Positions 25,130 to 30,482 of a stretch of 30,482 nucleotides of DNA are shown piece by piece. This DNA is from a virus (taxonomy: Duplodnaviria; Caudoviricetes). Made by a program: the position numbers and the translations under genes. Numbering within the stretch: the stretch's first letter is position 1; every line of letters starts with the position of its first letter. The notes beneath the pieces were generated by a model. It was not told the DNA's origin and did not search any database. It saw only the letters and a program-made list of their open reading frames with translations. The stretch covers positions 1-30,482 of IMG/VR virus record IMGVR_UViG_3300005259_000021. One strand, given 5' to 3'.

Positions 25130-25852
25130 TTATTCTCTTACTCGGCCTTCTGCTTCTGCTCGCTTAATATCGGCCAGCGCTTCCGCAGTTACGGTTCCAG
25201 ACTTGCGAAGTTCCCGGACCTTTGCCGCAGTCCAAATTGTCTTTCCCTGCTGGCCTCCATTCTGCAATCCCTGGTTCCCAGCCCCCTGTGCATTTCCTCC
25301 GCCCTGAGCAGCTCCGTTCCCCTGGCCCTGCCCCTGGCCTTGCTGTTGCTGGCCTTCCTGAGGCAGCATTTTGGCCTGAGCCAGGGCATCAAGGCTGGCG
25401 TTGATCTCGGCAGAAGTCGTTCCGGCGATGTTCAGGAATTGCAGCAGTACCGGGATCTGACCCGATGGAACATTGCGCTGCATGAGGGCTTTCATCTTGG
25501 CCAGTTCCAGGTCAGCACCCGTTAGCGTCTCGCCTTTCGGCTCCTCTTTCGGCTTCTTGCCGGCTGCAAGGAGAGCCTTTGCTTCTGCGAGTGGCATTCC
25601 GAGAGCAGTTTCGATGTCTGCTAAACTCATGTTAGCCTCTTTTTGCTGATTGCTTTCTTGCCCAGATCCTTGACCTGCTCCTTGGCCCCGGTCTCCCTGG
25701 CCTCCCTGTCCTGCACCTTGTCCAGTTCCTTGTCCTGTTCCTTGACCCTGGCCAATCTGACCAGAGCCCTGGCCCCCTTCTTGTCCTGCACCCTGACCTG
25801 AGCCTTGACCCTGGCCACCCTGGCCGTCTCCTGCGTTTCCTTCATTTTCCAT
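25130..25852 (-). CDS. Putative scaffolding protein with Gly/Gln-rich low-complexity tracts
   Basis: Position directly upstream of the major capsid gene; GQGx repeats; C-terminus DIKRAEAEGRVRE. Confidence 0.7.
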   Translation of the reverse strand: MENEGNAGDGQGGQGQGSGQGAGQEGGQGSGQIGQGQGTGQGTGQGAGQGGQGDRGQGAGQGSGQESNQQKEANMSLADIETALGMPLAEAKALLAAGKKPKEEPKGETLTGADLELAKMKALMQRNVPSGQIPVLLQFLNIAGTTSAEINASLDALAQAKMLPQEGQQQQGQGQGQGNGAAQGGGNAQGAGNQGLQNGGQQGKTIWTAAKVRELRKSGTVTAEALADIKRAEAEGRVRE

Positions 25853-25934
25853 TGGATTTTCTCCGTTCCTAACTTGTCGTATTCACTGTCTTTACTAACG
25901 GAAAAAATAGAATTGATGATTCTAAAATTGAGGC

Positions 25935-26717
25935 TTACAAGATCACGATGTTGTGGATGCAATTGGGGTGAAATATGCCGCCAGCCCTGGCATCATCCAA
26001 AGTAGGATAGCCTGGTGTCTTGCCTGTCAGGCTCACGATCTGCCCTTTCCAATCCAGGCAATTTTTGCAGGTATAGCTGGTGTATTCGTCGGTTATCTGC
26101 ACCAAATCCTGCTCATGTTCGAGGGCTCTGATCTCAGTTCCCTCAATCATGGCCTCTCTTGTCACCAGTTGCCCCAGCATTTCTACGTAGCTCACAATAT
26201 TCCACGATTTCCCGGCTGCATCCTTGAATCCGGTTATCCCCTGTTCAGCCAGCTTTTCTTTCTGAGCCTGAGCCACCTGTTCCAATGTGTCTCGTGCAGA
26301 TAATTCGCCCTTAAGTTGCTCCATGGAGAGAAGTCTAACAACCTGCTCCACTCGGCGCTTGATAACCGAATCAACTTCCACGAAGCTCTCAAAAGCATTG
26401 TCTGCCAAGATTTCTTTGGCTTTCTGAAACTGTGGTGTGACTTCTTTAGTGCCCAAGGACTTGTCAACTTCAGAGGCAGCGAGATCAAAGAGCATTTCGA
26501 TTGCCTCATCACACCAGATGCGACTGCCGGCCAAGACTTCTTGCCTGATGAGATTGGTATTCCGTTGTAAATCTGCCAGCTTTTGAGGATTGTTTGCAGC
26601 AAGGAGGGCGTTGTTGTACTCTTTTAGCAAATCCTTTTCAGCACCCTCGTACATTTGCACCAGGCGCTTTGCTTGGGCACTCGATAATGAGGATTGCTGA
26701 GTTGTCAGCTTAGCCAT
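25935..26717 (-). CDS. Minor capsid / head morphogenesis protein (MuF / minor capsid 2-like)
   Basis: GITGFKDAAGKSW..SYVEM...CKNCLDWKGQIVS..G..PGYPTL...GIFHPNCIH. Confidence 0.85.
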   Translation of the reverse strand: MAKLTTQQSSLSSAQAKRLVQMYEGAEKDLLKEYNNALLAANNPQKLADLQRNTNLIRQEVLAGSRIWCDEAIEMLFDLAASEVDKSLGTKEVTPQFQKAKEILADNAFESFVEVDSVIKRRVEQVVRLLSMEQLKGELSARDTLEQVAQAQKEKLAEQGITGFKDAAGKSWNIVSYVEMLGQLVTREAMIEGTEIRALEHEQDLVQITDEYTSYTCKNCLDWKGQIVSLTGKTPGYPTLDDARAGGIFHPNCIHNIVIL

Positions 26718-28095
26718 TTAGCTCCAGGGGAGGAAGCCTGCTCTTTGGTGCAATCAGGGCAGTTTGCACACCTCGCAGTCTGCCTAATTCCATCTCATAA
26801 GCTTCGCTTCCTTCTTTTAGGCCCTGCAGTTCGAGCTTGCGTTCTAATGAGATTGCGCCCATTGCATCCCAAAGCTGTGCCGCTTTAGCGGTTTCAATCT
26901 GGTCCTCTGGTATTCCGTCCTTGAGTTTGACGTGAATATCTTTGATTGCTACAATGGGAGGATGCAATTGAGACCACAGATTCAGCACTCTTGGTATTGC
27001 TTCCTCAGCAGCTCGGGCATACTTGCCTACCTGGGCCAGGGTGGGGATGAGCCGGAATTTTAGAGCCGTCCCGGATTCTGCCGCACCGGCATCCTTTCCT
27101 GCTAAAAGAACCTTGCTGAGCTGGAGCATTTGCAAGAGCTGATCCATCTTCTGCTCAATGGCTGCCTCTACGTGGGCGAGCTGGGCGTCCCAGACCATCA
27201 GGCCAGGAGGTACATCTCCGGGCATTGTAAATATGGGCTCTCCCGGTCGGTAGACCCACTCACCTAAGCTGTGGTCAAATACCGTAGCACTCTCCGGGAT
27301 AATTGGTGTGGGCGCAGTAAACTTGGACTGCACCTCATCCCGCTCCGCAAAAGAGACCTCCAGGGATTCGATTAAAGATAGGATCGATGGCTTGTAATCC
27401 GAGCGCCCATAATATCGCTCACTGGAGAGCTGATTTTGAACATGGACCACTAAGACACTATCCACCTCTGGATTTTGAATGCCAAATTCATTAGTCTTTA
27501 TGCCTGCAAAGACCGGGAAGCTGCTGAGCGATACCGGCCCCGCCAATTTTGAGCTGGCTATCTCAAACACCAAATGCTGGATCTGCCCTTTTGAGTGAAT
27601 AGTGAACTTGATGTATTCGCATTCTTTGCCTTCAACATTCTTCTGCTTAAACTTGGCAAATAAAACAAAATGAGTGATATCCTGAATATTAGCGGGAGAG
27701 ACTACCAGATACATATTTTCAGGATTGATAACCGCTATTCCTGAATCTGAGATTTCATAGGCCCCGTGGCCGTAGCGGCTGGAATCAATAAGGACCTGAT
27801 CATCTGGGCGTTTGGGGATAATCATCATGGCCCCGGCTTTAACCTCGATCGGCTCGCCAAATGTGAGGTTCAAGTAGGTGGTGGTTGCGATGTTCGCCCA
27901 GTCCAGGATAATTACTTGCTTTTTCTCGTTCTCGGCTTTGTCGGCAAGATAAGCAGCATAGCGCGGGAAAACCCGGTCGTGCAGGCCGTTGTAGATCTGC
28001 CTCATGAGCGCATGCTCTGCGAGCCTGGCTGCCTCATCTTTGTCTCCTGGCGGCCAGGGTTTGCCATCCCCAATAAAGCCCAGATCATACAGCAT
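26710..28095 (-). CDS. Portal protein (SPP1 Gp6-like)
   Basis: 461 aa; YGRSDY and AESGTALKFRL motifs; located between terminase and minor capsid. Confidence 0.88.
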   Translation of the reverse strand: MLYDLGFIGDGKPWPPGDKDEAARLAEHALMRQIYNGLHDRVFPRYAAYLADKAENEKKQVIILDWANIATTTYLNLTFGEPIEVKAGAMMIIPKRPDDQVLIDSSRYGHGAYEISDSGIAVINPENMYLVVSPANIQDITHFVLFAKFKQKNVEGKECEYIKFTIHSKGQIQHLVFEIASSKLAGPVSLSSFPVFAGIKTNEFGIQNPEVDSVLVVHVQNQLSSERYYGRSDYKPSILSLIESLEVSFAERDEVQSKFTAPTPIIPESATVFDHSLGEWVYRPGEPIFTMPGDVPPGLMVWDAQLAHVEAAIEQKMDQLLQMLQLSKVLLAGKDAGAAESGTALKFRLIPTLAQVGKYARAAEEAIPRVLNLWSQLHPPIVAIKDIHVKLKDGIPEDQIETAKAAQLWDAMGAISLERKLELQGLKEGSEAYEMELGRLRGVQTALIAPKSRLPPLELNG

Positions 28096-28309
28096 TTGAG
28101 ATCTTCCCCGCCTCTTCGATGATCAGTTGATCATTCAGTTTGATTTTCTTATAACATTCTTGACAGCAAAATCTGTCTGTCAAAAGAGTAGTCCCCAGCC
28201 TATTTTGCGTCACTCCGGGAAGGAATGGCACAACAGGCGTGAATCTTAATTCCGCTATCGGTACAGGAAATTCTTTGCCTATCCCGCCTCCGCAAATTAA
28301 GCACCTCAT
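28085..28309 (-). CDS. Small Zn-finger protein
   Basis: MRCLICG...FCCQEC; overlaps the portal start. Confidence 0.65.
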   Translation of the reverse strand: MRCLICGGGIGKEFPVPIAELRFTPVVPFLPGVTQNRLGTTLLTDRFCCQECYKKIKLNDQLIIEEAGKISNAV

Positions 28310-28314
28310 AAAAA

Positions 28315-28983
28315 TCACTTCTTTTCTGTTCCTCTCCTCGGGCGTCTTGAATACCGGTACTCGCCATACCAGCTCGACAAGGCCATGCTGAGCACCAAAT
28401 CATCATGATCCGTCTCGCGCCAGGCAGAATAAGAATCATGCCCATTGGTATTGATTTTGAGCTTGAGATTGGTCAGCTCCTCCACGAGTGGTTTTGCCAA
28501 AGGGAGCGCATCTGCAATCTTCAATCTCTCCGACTGGAATATAGCAAGCAATGCAAAGACGAGATCGCGTTTAGGGACATGATAGCCACCTATTACACGA
28601 GAAGGATTATGGCCGGGTGTGATTGTGATTTCAATCACAGATTTATTCATTGCCACCAGGTTATTTTGAAACCTGTCATTCATTGACATGAACTTGGGGT
28701 TGAATAGATCGCAAACGGGTGCCCCTACGCCCGTTTTGTCAATTACAAGCTGAGGCGGTTCGCTCGCCTGCAGATTCTCTGATCTCAGCATGCCCTGAAC
28801 TTTTGTGACGATTACAGGATAGGGCATACCCCTAACTCGATCAAGATACTGCAGCTCATATTCATAGCGATTGTGTAGCAGGTGCCATTCCTGTTTGAGG
28901 ATGGAGAGAGCGGTGTAGTCGTTGGCCTGCCCCAGATCCAGGCCCACCAGATAACGCTTTTCAGCATGTCTAGGCGAATTCAA
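28315..28983 (-). CDS. Terminase large subunit, RNase H-like nuclease domain (separate gene)
   Basis: VGLDLGQANDYTAL, IDKTGVG and HDDLVLS motifs; GGAGGT RBS 8 nt before the TTG. Confidence 0.88.
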   Translation of the reverse strand: MNSPRHAEKRYLVGLDLGQANDYTALSILKQEWHLLHNRYEYELQYLDRVRGMPYPVIVTKVQGMLRSENLQASEPPQLVIDKTGVGAPVCDLFNPKFMSMNDRFQNNLVAMNKSVIEITITPGHNPSRVIGGYHVPKRDLVFALLAIFQSERLKIADALPLAKPLVEELTNLKLKINTNGHDSYSAWRETDHDDLVLSMALSSWYGEYRYSRRPRRGTEKK

Positions 28984-29764
28984 GAACTTTGACCTCCGGA
29001 GAGAAGGCTTGCTTAACTAAATCAAATCCAAAGAGCTGGTTGTCTGTATCCATAAACTGATTGTAATACTCCTGCAACCAGAAGCTCCTGGGCATGCCAT
29101 CGTCCAATTCTTGCTGCAAGAACTCCGCTGTGATCCGTGGGCACTGGTCTGCGTTTATCTCATATTTCTCCCAGTTTTTGGCGTTCATCCAGGTTTCGAA
29201 GAAATGGCCTCTCTTGCCAAAAGGCGTGGACATCATTATGTACCGACCACCGGATACGGCCAGCATTGGCGAGACGCTTTTTCTGAGGAGGTCATCCACC
29301 CAGGCCGCCTCGTCTTCGAGGAGCAGAGTTACAGCCGATTTTCCGCGGGAGGTCTTGGCTGAGCCAGGCCGGGCGATAAAGCGGTTGCCATTGGCAAACC
29401 TCACGGCAAGCTTTGTGTCACTATCCATATAGTCCGAGGAGAGCTCCACCGCCTGCCGGAACTCGTCAAACTTCATCATCAGCTCGCCACTCTGATCCTG
29501 GCTGGGTGCTATGGCCATGCCAAAAGACGGGCGCCTGTAAATGGATTCGTGCAGGCCCAGGGCGGCGCAGATTGTGGACTTGCCGGACTGGCGAGAGCAG
29601 TTAAGAATAATGCGCTGAGCGCGGCTTCGTAAAAGGTCTGCTTGCCAGGGGTCCGGCTTAATCCCCAGGACCTCTTTTATCCAGATTGCCGGGTCCAAAG
29701 CGTATAGAAGGTCGTCTCGCTTTTTCCAAGGCAGCGATAATTTTCTTTTTAGTCTCCTGATCAT
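28970..29764 (-). CDS. Terminase large subunit, ATPase domain (separate gene)
   Basis: PDPWQ, Walker A SRQSGKS, Walker B LLEDEAA, STPFGKRGHF; the exact start is uncertain. Confidence 0.9.
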   Translation of the reverse strand: MIRRLKRKLSLPWKKRDDLLYALDPAIWIKEVLGIKPDPWQADLLRSRAQRIILNCSRQSGKSTICAALGLHESIYRRPSFGMAIAPSQDQSGELMMKFDEFRQAVELSSDYMDSDTKLAVRFANGNRFIARPGSAKTSRGKSAVTLLLEDEAAWVDDLLRKSVSPMLAVSGGRYIMMSTPFGKRGHFFETWMNAKNWEKYEINADQCPRITAEFLQQELDDGMPRSFWLQEYYNQFMDTDNQLFGFDLVKQAFSPEVKVLEFA

Positions 29765-30260
29765 CTTCTACCGCCTTGAGAATTGCAAGCCTCGTTTCCT
29801 CCCACTCCTCCATTGCATCAGCCATTCGGCTCTCTGCATCATCCCCGGAAAGCTCCAGCTCCAATTTAGCGCAATCAAAGAGCATGCGTGTGCCAATAGG
29901 CCAGTAGATTGATGCAGATCCGAGGGTAAGCGCATGCATCGTCCCATCAGAAACGGCGAACAGATCCCCCAAATTCACATCGAGAAGCTGCTTTGCCCGG
30001 AGCTTGCCTAAATTGACCACGTCAAGCGTATTAACGATCTCATCTTTTGCTTTGTTTCTTGCATCGTCATGCCTCTGTGCTCGGACTTCTTTGGCCTCAT
30101 CTACCAAGTCTCGCAGGTCCCAGACGGCAGCCTTGTAGCGGTTGATCGTTGAATAGAGTCCAGGCTGCCCCAATTCTCTTGCTATCGTCCTAGGACTCTT
30201 TTTATCCGCAAATCCCTTTTCGATCTGGTCAATAAAGGGGGCCAATGTTCCGAATGCCAT
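29658..30260 (-). CDS. Putative terminase small subunit
   Basis: N-terminal HTH-like SPRTIARELG, helical body, directly upstream of TerL; start taken at MAFGTL. Confidence 0.65.
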   Translation of the reverse strand: MAFGTLAPFIDQIEKGFADKKSPRTIARELGQPGLYSTINRYKAAVWDLRDLVDEAKEVRAQRHDDARNKAKDEIVNTLDVVNLGKLRAKQLLDVNLGDLFAVSDGTMHALTLGSASIYWPIGTRMLFDCAKLELELSGDDAESRMADAMEEWEETRLAILKAVEDDQETKKKIIAALEKARRPSIRFGPGNLDKRGPGD

Positions 30261-30263
30261 AAA

Positions 30264-30360
30264 GTAGTCCTGATGCAGATTTGATGCAGTGATGCAAAGA
30301 TATTCGAGATGCGGTAGTCCAATGATGCAAAATGATGCAGTGATGCAAAATGATGCAAAG
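30264..30360. repeat. Cluster of seven TGATGCA direct repeats upstream of TerS
   Basis: Copies at 30271, 30282, 30290, 30323, 30333, 30341 and 30351, in two blocks each beginning gtagtcc. Confidence 0.85.
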
Positions 30361-30482
30361 TTAAGGTGAATCCCTTTTTTTAGCATCCTCTATGATATGC
30401 TTTTCCAAGCGGATCAAAAAGTGTGTAGTCCCGAAACCTTTGACTTTATATACCCATCAATTGGGCATGGGAAAGAAGAATA

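Noticed and set aside
30261-30386. FASFCITASFCII N-terminal extension of TerS
   Set aside because: It is the translation of the TGATGCA DNA repeats, so it is likely non-coding.

Overview
The window looks like part of an archaeal head-tail (Caudoviricetes-type) provirus or virus. A Methanothrix/Methanosarcinales-like host is inferred from TATA/BRE leaderless promoters, GGAGG/GGTGA RBSs and the repeat type, and is not proven. The right half (16.3-30.3 kb, minus strand) is a packaging and morphogenesis operon: TerS, a TerL split into two genes, portal, minor capsid, GQ-rich scaffold, major capsid, adaptor, stopper-like protein, a terminator-like/6xIg fusion and a 7-repeat beta-propeller. No tail tube or tape-measure gene is recognisable. 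The left half is an accessory/regulatory region: ArdC-like and SWIM proteins, two paralogous RHH-like regulators with hexamer operators, a DUF4258/YgiT toxin-antitoxin pair, a solo tnpB, a frameshifted ASCH gene and an HNH nuclease. The most unusual feature lies at 10.1-16.1 kb. Six degenerate CRISPR-like repeats (minus-strand consensus about GTCTCCATGGCTGAAAAGTCGTGGCCCCATTGAAAC) are separated by whole genes instead of spacers, including four diverged paralogous secreted proteins. Three of the repeats are followed by a conserved structured leader of about 85 nt. No cas, integrase or replication gene is visible in the window.
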